64,000 nt of DNA from Acidobacteriota bacterium (GTDB lineage Bacteria > Acidobacteriota > UBA6911 > RPQK01 > JAJDTT01), in the NCBI GenBank assembly GCA_965263035.1, contig OZ253580.1:2080001-2144000 (forward strand), given 5' to 3'. Made by a program: the position numbers and the translations under genes. Below the pieces are notes generated by a model, which was given only the letters and a program-made list of their open reading frames with translations, was not told where the DNA came from and did no database searches. Below, in pieces: positions 40,200-49,520 of this stretch; the stretch's first letter is position 1; each line of letters starts with the position of its first letter.

Positions 40200-41330
40200 T
40201 CAAAACCCTATAATGGCGGACACCCGTTCCGCCACGATTTGCGCTTCCCCCGGCGCCAACGTCGCCGGGTTGAGAAGAATGCCGGCCGGCGTCTCCGCCA
40301 CGACGATGCTGGGGTCACCCTCCCACAGCTCCGCCATCACCGGCCCGGGGCTCTTGGCGATTCGTTCCGAGTCCCACTCCACAAGAGTGAACGGCAGCCC
40401 GTCGGGATGCACGGCCAATCCCGTCGATGCGGGAGGCGAGCCTCCCTTCCACGCCCGGACACCCGGCACCTGGGACAGAGTCTCGATCATGGCGTCGGAA
40501 AGCAGACGCCACCGGTCGAACATCTTCCGCTCGAAATCAGGCTCGGACCAGAGCTCCACGGCGGTCAGCAGCCCCACGATCTCTTCCTTGCCCACCTTCA
40601 TTGGGCGCCCCACCCCGTGGTTGGGGCTGCTGTTCATGGCGCAGGCCTCCACCAGATCCTTCCGGCCCAGGATCAGCCCCGAAGACTGGGGGCCCCGCAG
40701 ACCCTTGCCGCCGCTGAATATGGTGAGATCGGCTCCCAGCTTCCAGTAGTGGCTCAGGATCGAAAAGGGAGGAAACTCGGCCGCCGCATCCACGATCACC
40801 GGGACCCCGCGGGCATGCGCCAGTTCGATGACCTGATCGATGGGCAGATCGGTGGGGGGCGAATAGGCGGGAAAGTGAACGACGGCAACCGTCTGGGGAG
40901 TGAAGGCCGCCTCCAGATGCCACGGATACACACGATTGGCCAGACCGACGGGTACGATCCTGGCTCCCGCCAGCCGAATCATGAGCTCGTAGAAGTTGAT
41001 CTGCATCCTTTGGACGATGACCTCGTCCTTCATCCCGGCGGTGCCGGGCAACTGATGGACTCGCGCGTTGCTTGATCCCGCCATGCATGCGGCCACGGAT
41101 AGCGCGACGCCGGCGGCGGCACCATTGGTGACGTAACAGGCTTCGACCCCCGCCAGCTCGGCGATCCGGTTCCCCGCCTTCTCCAGCAGTTCCGGCATGC
41201 TGACGTAGGAACGGCCGGCCTCCCGCATCGCCGCCACCACCTCCGGGAGCATGATGGACCCGCCGATGGAGGTCCCGTTGGCGGCCGCGTTGATCCGTTT
41301 CCGCACACCCAAGTGGTCGTAAACGCCCAT
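40200..41330 (-). CDS. SelA-like / DgaE-family PLP-dependent enzyme
   Basis: INAA.GTSIGGS, VIVDAAAE, FSGGKGLRGPQSSG, GRPMKVGKEE. Confidence 0.85.
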   Translation of the reverse strand: MGVYDHLGVRKRINAAANGTSIGGSIMLPEVVAAMREAGRSYVSMPELLEKAGNRIAELAGVEACYVTNGAAAGVALSVAACMAGSSNARVHQLPGTAGMKDEVIVQRMQINFYELMIRLAGARIVPVGLANRVYPWHLEAAFTPQTVAVVHFPAYSPPTDLPIDQVIELAHARGVPVIVDAAAEFPPFSILSHYWKLGADLTIFSGGKGLRGPQSSGLILGRKDLVEACAMNSSPNHGVGRPMKVGKEEIVGLLTAVELWSEPDFERKMFDRWRLLSDAMIETLSQVPGVRAWKGGSPPASTGLAVHPDGLPFTLVEWDSERIAKSPGPVMAELWEGDPSIVVAETPAGILLNPATLAPGEAQIVAERVSAIIGF

Positions 41331-41460
41331 GGCTCTTCTCCCTTCCAAATCCCTTGCGTGAGTATAAGCCTCTATGATCGCTGCTGAGAAACAGGCCGGG
41401 GCGCCCCGGAGGGCGGACTTCCGGTCCACCATGCCTGCGTTCCGCCGTGCGCCGTCGGGA

Positions 41461-41541
41461 GTTCGGCGGCTGGAAACCGCCGTTCCCGTTCGGCGGCTGG
41501 AAACCGCCGCCCCTGTTCGGCGGTTGGAAACCGCCGCTCCT
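41461..41541. repeat. Three tandem 27-bp REP-like palindromes
   Basis: GTTCGGCGG(C/T)TGGAAACCGCCG x3 in a divergent intergenic region; related sequence near 61665. Confidence 0.8.
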
Positions 41542-41562
41542 GGCGCTAACATTGTCCATACC

Positions 41563-42762
41563 ATGAATCGTCGCTATTGGCTCCGCATGGGGGCCGCCGC
41601 GGGAGCTATCTTGGGTCTTGACTCCCTTTTCACCACCCAGCACACGAGCGCGGCCGCCGTCGGTCCCAACGACAAGATCAAAGTGACCAAGATCGAGACC
41701 TTCGTGCTGACCAACTCCTGGGTCTTCGTCAAGGTGTCCACCGACGCCGGGATCGTGGGCTGGGGCGAGATGCTCAAGGACGACGCCAAGGCCTGCGCCG
41801 CCGGGGCTCTGGAGGTCGGTGACTATCTGGTGGGCCAGGATCCCTGCCGGGTCGTGCACCACTGGCAGGCCATCCACCGCGGCGCCTTCTACCGCGGCGG
41901 TCCCATCAAGACGGCGATCCTGAGCGGCATCGACCAGGCGCTCTGGGACATCAAGGGGAAGGTCTACGGCGTCCCGGTCTACAAGTTGCTGGGAGGGCCC
42001 ACTCGGGACCGCGTCCGAGTCTATGGGAAAGTCAGCGAGGAGACCGGCGTCAATGCGATGAAGGTCGGTCCAAACGCCATGGGACGCGCGCCGACCAAGT
42101 ACATCGAAGGCCAGAGATTCGTGGATGCCGTGGTGGAGAACTTCCGGGCGCTGCGCGAGAAGTATGGAGACGGCGTCGACATCGGCCTGGACTTCCACGG
42201 CGCCGTTCAGCCGCCGACGGCCATGCTCCTGGTCAAGGCGCTGGAACCCTACAATCCCTGGTTCTACGAGGAGGTCGTGCAAGCGCTCAACGTGGACGTG
42301 ATGGCCGAGATCGCCGCCAAGACCCACATCCCGCTGGCGACGGGCGAGCGCATCTTCACCAAATGGGGATTCCGCGAGATCCTGGAAAAGCGCGCCGCCC
42401 AGATCCTGCAGCCGGACGTCTGCTACGCGGGCGGCATCACCGAGCTCAGGCTAATCGCCGGCATGGCCGAGGCGTACTACTCGCCTCTGGCGCCCCACAA
42501 TCCCAGCGGCCCAGTGTCGCAGGCCGCGAGCCTCCAGATCGCAGGGTGCATCCCCAACTTCATGATCCAGGAGCGCGGCGACGTGGAGCACGATCTGCTG
42601 GCCAAACCGCTGGCCCCGGTCAGGAACGGACACCGCCCGTTGCCGACGGATCCCGGTCTCGGCATCACCATCGACGAGGACAAGTTGATGGCGAGGGTCG
42701 GCGAACCCCGCGAGGGCCGGACCATTTACGATGCGGACGACGGGTCGGTCGTCGACTGGTAG
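41563..42762 (+). CDS. Mandelate racemase/galactonate dehydratase-like enolase-superfamily enzyme with Tat-like signal
   Basis: SGIDQALWDIKGK, LDFHG, EE, ATGER, QPD, APHN; N-terminal RR. Confidence 0.88.
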   Translation: MNRRYWLRMGAAAGAILGLDSLFTTQHTSAAAVGPNDKIKVTKIETFVLTNSWVFVKVSTDAGIVGWGEMLKDDAKACAAGALEVGDYLVGQDPCRVVHHWQAIHRGAFYRGGPIKTAILSGIDQALWDIKGKVYGVPVYKLLGGPTRDRVRVYGKVSEETGVNAMKVGPNAMGRAPTKYIEGQRFVDAVVENFRALREKYGDGVDIGLDFHGAVQPPTAMLLVKALEPYNPWFYEEVVQALNVDVMAEIAAKTHIPLATGERIFTKWGFREILEKRAAQILQPDVCYAGGITELRLIAGMAEAYYSPLAPHNPSGPVSQAASLQIAGCIPNFMIQERGDVEHDLLAKPLAPVRNGHRPLPTDPGLGITIDEDKLMARVGEPREGRTIYDADDGSVVDW

Positions 42763-42826
42763 TCCTCCCATCCCCGGGCCGCCGACCGCACAGCGGCTGG
42801 AGAGAACTCAAGACCGGAAAGAAACA

Positions 42827-44068
42827 ATGACCAAAGTGAACCTCTTGACCGCTGTTCCGTTCCTCCTTCTCATCCTTCCCGTCCAAGCCAAGGAAAAGCT
42901 CATGATCCTGAGCTGGGGGGACGTCATCTGGCAACACAAAGGGGAGGGGACGGCTCAACTCGACACTCCCGAAAAAGTGGCCGAGGCGGCCCGGATCTGG
43001 AAGGAGCGGGGAGTGGACCGGGTCCTGTTCCGGGCCGACGACTTCCGAGTCCTCCTCTTTCACCGCATCCGGCCCGGCTACAACAACGCCTACGCCCAGG
43101 AGTGGTTGGAGACGACCAAGCGAGCCTGGGAACAGGGGTTGCTGGAGGTCGCCGTCAAGGCCATCCACGAGCAGGGCATGAAGGTCGACATGTGGATCAC
43201 CATCTTCGATGAGGGGTGCCCGGAGCACGTTCTCTACAGCGATTCCGATTTTTTCTCCTGGCAATCGCATTTCACCCGGGAGAACCCGCACGTCCTCTCC
43301 GCCGACCGGTCTCTGACCGCCAATCAACGAAAAGTTCACTGGGGCGTGATGGAGTATGCCTACCCCGAGGTGAGGGGCTACATGCTGAGCGTGATCCGCG
43401 CTTTCTCCGATCCTCTGGATTTCGATGGTGTCTTCCTCAGCGTGCGCTCCCATTCGCCGCCTGCCGAACACGCCGACCAGTTCGGGTTCAACGAGCCCGT
43501 CGTCAAGGAGTTTCAGCGCAGATACGGCAGGAACATTCTCCAGACCAGCTTCGATCTGGAGAAGTGGCGGGAGCTCCGGGGCGAGTACCTGACCCAGTTT
43601 CTCGGTGAGGTGAAGGAGCACCTCCGGAAGAAGAGGCAGACCCTTTCCATCGGCGTGGCGCAGGGAGACCATATCGGTCCTCCTTTCGGCAACATGAAAC
43701 TGCAATGGCGCCGGTGGATCTCCGAGGGGATCATCGACTCCCTGGTGGTGGGTCATATCACCAACGAGAGAGCCCGTTATCCCAACCGCACCCAGAGAGC
43801 CATGGGGTACATCCAGAACCAGGAAGAGGACATGGGCCTTCCGCCCATCGAGGACGCCGTGCGTTTGAGCTACGGTCCGCTCTGCAAGCGTTTCGGAGTG
43901 GGCCTCTACCTGGCACCCGGAGGTTTCCGCATGAGCTTCCGCCATCCCGCCTACGGAAGAGGCTCGCAGACGCCCGAGGTCCGCAAGAGCCTCGACGAGG
44001 CGTTCGAGAAAGAGCCCGCCGTGACGGGAACCGTCCACAGTTATGGGTCGGTCATGGAAGAACGGTAG
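42827..44068 (+). CDS. Secreted GH10-like (GHL10/DUF187-type) TIM-barrel protein
   Basis: Signal peptide; AIHEQGMKVDMW, PEVRGY, DFDGVFL. Confidence 0.6.
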   Translation: MTKVNLLTAVPFLLLILPVQAKEKLMILSWGDVIWQHKGEGTAQLDTPEKVAEAARIWKERGVDRVLFRADDFRVLLFHRIRPGYNNAYAQEWLETTKRAWEQGLLEVAVKAIHEQGMKVDMWITIFDEGCPEHVLYSDSDFFSWQSHFTRENPHVLSADRSLTANQRKVHWGVMEYAYPEVRGYMLSVIRAFSDPLDFDGVFLSVRSHSPPAEHADQFGFNEPVVKEFQRRYGRNILQTSFDLEKWRELRGEYLTQFLGEVKEHLRKKRQTLSIGVAQGDHIGPPFGNMKLQWRRWISEGIIDSLVVGHITNERARYPNRTQRAMGYIQNQEEDMGLPPIEDAVRLSYGPLCKRFGVGLYLAPGGFRMSFRHPAYGRGSQTPEVRKSLDEAFEKEPAVTGTVHSYGSVMEER

Positions 44069-44107
44069 CGGATTCCTTCCGTCGGGCGCGGCGCCGGCCG
44101 AGCCCGG

Positions 44108-44833
44108 TCACCGCATGTCGGCGACCCGGGCCTCGATCCGGAGAACGTCCATGGAGAGCCGTCCCGTCACCTCTTCTCCTTCGGGAAATCCGATGAACGA
44201 GAAGCCGTAGCTCACACACTCCCGCAGCACCCGGTCCAGGCTGGCCGGGCCGGTCCAAGCCCAGGTTCGGGTCCATTTGGACTCGTCGTTCTCCAGGACG
44301 AAGGTATGGCGCTTGCCCCAGGTTCCCTGGGAAATGGGTAGGGGATGGTCCGTGAAGTGCCAGCGGTTGTTTCCGATGTGAGCCCAGAAGTAGCACTGGG
44401 CGCCCTTGAGGTCCAGGCCGTCTCCCCGGAGGTTCACGGAAATCCGCGCCCCGCGCAGATCCAGCTTGGGGCCGCCCACCCACCTGCGGTAGAAGATGAG
44501 GGCCAGAATGGAGTTGGGCTGCTCCGGCGTGTCGATTCTCCAGCGGGAGTCGTCGGTCCAGATGAATCCCGAACCGAAGGCGCCTCCCTTGGGTTCCCAG
44601 CTCACCGGGTAGAAGACGTCGGAACCGCTCTCGATGCCGCCGTCGTAGTCGTAGCTGTGCCAGCCCTCGCTCTTGCCCAGGCTGTCGAAACCGCTGTAGA
44701 GGATGAGCTTGGCTCCCGGCGGTCCCGGCTGGGAGGACATCCGCTCCGGACGGGAGGGCGGCCGGCATCCTCCCGCCAAACAGAGCAGGACCAGACAAAT
44801 CGCCCATCTGAGTCCACCCGGCTCGCGAATCAT
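44108..44833 (-). CDS. Hypothetical lipoprotein
   Basis: Lipobox-like LAGGC; Trp-rich beta domain. Confidence 0.65.
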   Translation of the reverse strand: MIREPGGLRWAICLVLLCLAGGCRPPSRPERMSSQPGPPGAKLILYSGFDSLGKSEGWHSYDYDGGIESGSDVFYPVSWEPKGGAFGSGFIWTDDSRWRIDTPEQPNSILALIFYRRWVGGPKLDLRGARISVNLRGDGLDLKGAQCYFWAHIGNNRWHFTDHPLPISQGTWGKRHTFVLENDESKWTRTWAWTGPASLDRVLRECVSYGFSFIGFPEGEEVTGRLSMDVLRIEARVADMR

Positions 44834-44849
44834 TTCCGCACCTCCATTC

Positions 44850-46310
44850 TCATCCCTGGAACGGCAGGACGGCCCACTTCTCGCCATGCCGCCGCAGCCA
44901 GGTGACCAGCTCTCCGCGCAACCGGTCCGTGACGCCCGCCAGAGCCGGGTCGCCGATCCGGTTGCGATGCTCGGTGGGATCGGTCTGCAGATCCCAGAGC
45001 TCGTTGGGACCGAATCCCTGGTTGCGCATCACGTACTTGTAACGAGGTTCCCGAACACAGCAGGTGTTTCCCAGATAGGCGTAGACGCGGTCTACCCACC
45101 CGGCGGGCCTTCGACCCTGCAGCAACGGCCGGCAGCTGCGGCCGCAATAGTTGCCCTCCCGCGGAAGCCGGATGTCCAGCAGATCGCAGAGGGTGGGGAG
45201 GACGTCGTAGAAGCTGACCAGTTCGCGGCGCACCGCGCCGGCCTCGATCCTTCCCGGCCAGCGCCACAACGTGGGAACCTTCAGGACCTCCTCGTACATG
45301 ACCGGCGGCCACGCCGCCTCCCCCTTGCTCCAGAGGCCGTGTCGTCCGTGCAGGTAGCCATTGTCGCCCACGAACAGCACCAGCGTGTTCTCGGCGAGCC
45401 CATTTTCATCCAGGTAGTCCAGCATCCAGCCGATCCTGTCGTCGAGGGCGGTGGTGGAGGCGGCGGCTCCCCGCATGTTGGTGACCGGATCGTCCATCAA
45501 ATCCGCCTCGCGCAGGGCGTCCCGGCGCTTGGGCTCGAAACCCACCGACTCGAAGTCCTCTTCGGCGTACATGTCGTAGTACTGCTGGGGATGACCCGCG
45601 TACGGGGTGTGCGGGTTGAAGTGCGACAGGGTGAGAAACCAGGGCTCCCGCCGGTTTCGCACCTGCTCCAGAAAACGGACCCCTTCCTGCTGGATGAGGT
45701 CGGCGATGTAGCCCTTTTCGGTCACCGGCTCCGTCCCCCGGAACATGTTGGGGTCCTGGTACCGGTTGGGCCGGTTCTGGGTGTACCAGAATCCGTATCC
45801 ATGTTGGGGCCGGCCGTTGTCTCCCAGGTGCCACTTGCCGCTGTGGCCACACTCGTACCCCGAGTCCTTCAAGAGGTCGGAGATGAAGATCTCCTCTCGC
45901 CAGCTCCGGGGAAGCCGCGCCTGTCCCTGAGGCGGATTGGCAATGGGCCGCGGCGTGAGCCAGTCGTGGATCCCGGTCTGGGGAGGAATCCGCCCCGTCA
46001 TCAGCGTGGCCCGGCTGGGAGAGCAGATGGGGGTGCAGACGAAACCATTCTCGAACCGGGTGCCACCAGCCGCCAGCCGATCGATGTGGGGAGTTCGGAT
46101 CACCCGATTGCCGTAACACCCGGTCATCCAGGCTGCCAGATCATCGGCGATGATGAGCAGGACGTTGGGACGCCGGTCCCGGCCCCGGAGCAGGGCGGGC
46201 GCCCCCAGGGCGGCCCCCGTCAAGACCCCGGCCGTCTTCAGGACGTCCCGGCGAGATCGCCTCCTAGCGTGGGCGGGCCTGTTTCGGCTGGGTCGAGGCT
46301 CTGAACTCAT
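44850..46310 (-). CDS. Sulfatase (Tat signal)
   Basis: PNVLLIIADD, CSPSR, GKWHLG, GDNG, WSKG; SRRDVLK. Confidence 0.93.
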   Translation of the reverse strand: MSSEPRPSRNRPAHARRRSRRDVLKTAGVLTGAALGAPALLRGRDRRPNVLLIIADDLAAWMTGCYGNRVIRTPHIDRLAAGGTRFENGFVCTPICSPSRATLMTGRIPPQTGIHDWLTPRPIANPPQGQARLPRSWREEIFISDLLKDSGYECGHSGKWHLGDNGRPQHGYGFWYTQNRPNRYQDPNMFRGTEPVTEKGYIADLIQQEGVRFLEQVRNRREPWFLTLSHFNPHTPYAGHPQQYYDMYAEEDFESVGFEPKRRDALREADLMDDPVTNMRGAAASTTALDDRIGWMLDYLDENGLAENTLVLFVGDNGYLHGRHGLWSKGEAAWPPVMYEEVLKVPTLWRWPGRIEAGAVRRELVSFYDVLPTLCDLLDIRLPREGNYCGRSCRPLLQGRRPAGWVDRVYAYLGNTCCVREPRYKYVMRNQGFGPNELWDLQTDPTEHRNRIGDPALAGVTDRLRGELVTWLRRHGEKWAVLPFQG

Positions 46311-46389
46311 AGGCAAGATCCCGGTCCGAACGTTACACTGGACGGTGTCTCCCGCCAAGGGCCTCAAGGAGTCTGGTACAAGTGAAGTC

Positions 46390-47907
46390 ATGAGCCGGAC
46401 GAACTTCAGTCCGCTTCCATTGCTGCTCCTGTGTTTCCTGTCCGGTTACGGAAACCCTTCCCCTGACGGAACCGTCATCGACGTCGGATCGAAGAAACAG
46501 CTCTTCATCGACGACCTGTTCATCGCATCCTGGCACGGCATCCGGCTGACTGTGAACCCGCCTCAAAAGACCCGGGAGCGGAACCTCGTACCCGACCCGG
46601 ATCGTCCCTGGGAAGCGGTCCGCGTGGCCTATCCCTGTACCGTCATGGAGGACCAGGGAAAATACCGGATGTGGTATGACGCCATGCACCACCGTCAACC
46701 GGAGGATCAGCTCCCCTACCGAGTCGTCTGCTACGCCGAATCGGACGACGGGATTCACTGGCGCAAGCCCATCGTGGGCGCCTTTGAGTTTCGGGGCTCC
46801 AAACAGAACAACATCTCGATTCCGACGGCTCCGGGAAGCGTGTTCATCGATCCCGACGCCCCGCCGGAGGAGCGTTACAAGTATTTCGGAAGAAACCGGG
46901 TGGCCATGCTGGAGGACCGGGTCGCCGGAGCCGGATCCTGGATCTACGCGTCCGCCGACGGACTCAGCTTCAAGCCGCTGTACGGAAGGCCGGCCACGCG
47001 CCAGATCAGCGACACCCACGACGTGGCTTTCTGGGACCCGGTCATCGGCAAGTACGCCGCCTACACCAAGTACGTCGGCCACTTCGATTCCCGGGGCGCG
47101 CTCGTGCGGCCGGAACTCCCCACCGGCGTCCGGAAGGGCCGGAAGATCTGGCGCATGACGACCGATCGCCTGGACCGGTGGCCTGCCGCCAGGATCGTCC
47201 TGGCCATGGACGCGGAGGACCGCCGGGACGCCGACTTCTACAACTCCGCCGCCATCCGGTACGCCTACGCCGATCGGGCCTATTTCGTCTTTCCCAGCGC
47301 CTACTACCACTTTGTGGGCGAGTCGGCGCGGCGCAACGACGGCCCTATGGACATTCAATTGGCGCTGAGCCGCGACGGTGTCCACTTTTCGCGCCCCTCC
47401 CGGAGTCCCTTCGTGCGAAGAGGCCGGGAAGGGTCCTATGACGGCGGTCACATGTACATGGGCCGGGGCATGCTGCGCCGGGGGGACGAGTTGTGGATGT
47501 ACTACGTGGGATTCGACTACACCCACGGCGACAGGGACGCGCTGGACCAGGGAGGCAACGGGGTGATCAGCCGGCTCGTCCTGAGGCTGGACGGCTTCGT
47601 GTCCGCCGACGCGGACTATGGCGGCGGAGAGATCATCAGCCGGCCGATCCGCTTCCAGGGCGACCGCCTCGAGTTGAACATGGATGCCGGAGCCGGCGGA
47701 TCGGTCCGGGTCGCGCTGCTGGATCCGGAAGGGGAACCGATCCCGGGCTACACCTTGGAGGAGTCGCACGTGCTGGGCGGAAATTCGGTCAGGCGTCTCG
47801 TGACTTGGCGGTCGGGATCGGATCTTTCCGCCCTCTCGGGGCGGCCGGTGCGCCTCCATTGGAAGCTCCGGGACGTGAAACTGTACGCCTTTCAGTTCCG
47901 GAACTGA
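46390..47907 (+). CDS. Secreted beta-propeller glycoside-hydrolase-like protein (GH32/43-like, Asp-box repeats)
   Basis: QLFIDD, YAESDDGIHW, SRDGVHF, LRLDGFVS. Confidence 0.7.
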   Translation: MSRTNFSPLPLLLLCFLSGYGNPSPDGTVIDVGSKKQLFIDDLFIASWHGIRLTVNPPQKTRERNLVPDPDRPWEAVRVAYPCTVMEDQGKYRMWYDAMHHRQPEDQLPYRVVCYAESDDGIHWRKPIVGAFEFRGSKQNNISIPTAPGSVFIDPDAPPEERYKYFGRNRVAMLEDRVAGAGSWIYASADGLSFKPLYGRPATRQISDTHDVAFWDPVIGKYAAYTKYVGHFDSRGALVRPELPTGVRKGRKIWRMTTDRLDRWPAARIVLAMDAEDRRDADFYNSAAIRYAYADRAYFVFPSAYYHFVGESARRNDGPMDIQLALSRDGVHFSRPSRSPFVRRGREGSYDGGHMYMGRGMLRRGDELWMYYVGFDYTHGDRDALDQGGNGVISRLVLRLDGFVSADADYGGGEIISRPIRFQGDRLELNMDAGAGGSVRVALLDPEGEPIPGYTLEESHVLGGNSVRRLVTWRSGSDLSALSGRPVRLHWKLRDVKLYAFQFRN

Positions 47908-47968
47908 GCCTTCTTCGGACGATCCGGCACGGGCGGGACTTCCGCGCCGCAAATCGGCCCCGCCAATG

Positions 47969-49393
47969 TCACGGCAGGAACTGGAGGGCGTAGAGATCGG
48001 CGTCCTTCAGCAAAAACCGGAGACGGACGGTTTTGCCGGACAGGGAGCTCAGATCGCTCGTCCCCTTCCAGCTCACGGCCTGTTCCACCGAGTCTCCGAA
48101 CAGCTCCCGGGAGTCCTGCAGCGAGTATCCCGGGATCGGGCGGCCCGTCTCGTCCTGGATCTCGACCCGGAGGCTCCCCGCGGCCGAGGTGGAGTAGTTC
48201 AGGACCAGGCGGGAGCCGCTGAAGCGAATGAGCCGTGTGGTCATTCCGCCGCCGGCCAGAGGCGCCCGTACCGAGACGAAGCCGTCCAGACGGTAGGTGT
48301 AACGCCGCAGGCGGCTGGCCGGCCCCGTGTAGTATCCCTCAGTGACGTAGATGGAAAGCTGATCCGGTTCGCCCGCTACGGACGAGGGAAGTGTGAGGAT
48401 TCCCCAGCCGATCATGTTGTTGCGGGTCACCCAGCGTTCCGGCTGAAGTCCGGGGCGGACGACCGCTTCTCCCCAGCGGTGGAAGTGAATGCCGTCCCGG
48501 CTGCTCATGAAGACCCCGTCCGAAACTCCTGAGAATTCCCGGTCCTGGTTTCTTTCGGGAACGAACCGTTTGGGAAACCCCAGATAGATGTGGGGAGCGC
48601 GGGCGTAGGGACGGATCTGGTTGGTGTACAGATGCTCCACCGGGGCTCCCGGATACTCCAGGAAGACCGGCTCGGTCCAGGTCAGGAAGTCGCGGGAGAC
48701 GGCGGTCTTGACGTCACGGACCCGCTGCCCCGCGGGATGGGTGCGCGCGCTCCGGAGATAACAGACGTAACGGCCCCTCAGACTGTCCCAGAAAGCCAAG
48801 TTCTGGGAGTCGAGGGTCATGTCCCCCTTGGGAATCACCGGCTCCTTGGCCAGGAGGGACCAGTGGATGCCGTCAGGCGACTTCAGGGCGTAGACGCCGT
48901 CGTCGCCCCGGGCGATCGACTTGTACCGGGCGTCAGGGGCGGCGGCCGGGTTGGTGTCCTTGAAGACCGCCATGGGATTCCGCTGTTCCGAGTCGGCCCC
49001 GGGGTCGTCCATCCAGACGATGTTGTTGGCGCGGGACCCTTCGTACTCGAACTGGCCCAGGTTGGGGCGGGTCCAGTGAATGCCGTCCCGGCTCTCGGCG
49101 TAGCAGACCAACACGTGCCGGACCTTCTGCCCCGGCTGGTAGTGCCGGCCCCCGTAGTACATGCGGTAGCGGTCGCCATCCCGGAACAGGGTGTGGTGGG
49201 CGGTGAGGTTCCCCTCCCAGGGAGCGTCGTGCACCAGGACCACCTCCCGGCGTTGGGGCTGGTGGAGCTGGAGGCGTGCGTCTCCGTTCAGCGAATGGAT
49301 CAGGAACCGGTCCACCAGAGGTTCCAGGCGGGAACCCAGGGCGATGGGCTCGGAGGGCGGCCCAGACGCCAACGCCACGGCGAAAACAGCCAT
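47969..49393 (-). CDS. Beta-propeller glycoside-hydrolase-like protein, paralog
   Basis: YAESRDGIHW, SPDGIHW, YRLDGFVSV; start uncertain. Confidence 0.7.
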   Translation of the reverse strand: MAVFAVALASGPPSEPIALGSRLEPLVDRFLIHSLNGDARLQLHQPQRREVVLVHDAPWEGNLTAHHTLFRDGDRYRMYYGGRHYQPGQKVRHVLVCYAESRDGIHWTRPNLGQFEYEGSRANNIVWMDDPGADSEQRNPMAVFKDTNPAAAPDARYKSIARGDDGVYALKSPDGIHWSLLAKEPVIPKGDMTLDSQNLAFWDSLRGRYVCYLRSARTHPAGQRVRDVKTAVSRDFLTWTEPVFLEYPGAPVEHLYTNQIRPYARAPHIYLGFPKRFVPERNQDREFSGVSDGVFMSSRDGIHFHRWGEAVVRPGLQPERWVTRNNMIGWGILTLPSSVAGEPDQLSIYVTEGYYTGPASRLRRYTYRLDGFVSVRAPLAGGGMTTRLIRFSGSRLVLNYSTSAAGSLRVEIQDETGRPIPGYSLQDSRELFGDSVEQAVSWKGTSDLSSLSGKTVRLRFLLKDADLYALQFLP

Positions 49394-49520
49394 GCAGACT
49401 CCGCCAGCAACCGACCGATGGCGGAATGAATTGAGGGGACCACCCCGGAATCGGACCATCTCGTTCCTAGCGGCACAGAATACGGGAAGGAAGGCGGCGT
49501 TGCATGTACAATTCCGAACC

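Larger units (their letters stand above)
21971..40217. mobile_element. Integrative element (P4-type integrase) carrying CRISPR-Cas I-E
   Basis: 12-bp direct repeat CCCTATAATGGC at 21971 and 40206; integrase at the right end; excision restores the host gene 3' end next to the tRNA. Confidence 0.7.

Noticed and set aside
40200-41330. True selA / selenocysteine system
   Set aside because: Short SelA-like form; no selB, selC or selD in the window; the nearby tRNA is Leu.
41461-41541. Second CRISPR array
   Set aside because: The units abut with no unique spacers.
41331-41564. N-terminal extensions with AVSSRRT / VRRLETA peptide repeats
   Set aside because: Translations of the REP repeats; the true starts are 41330 and 41563.
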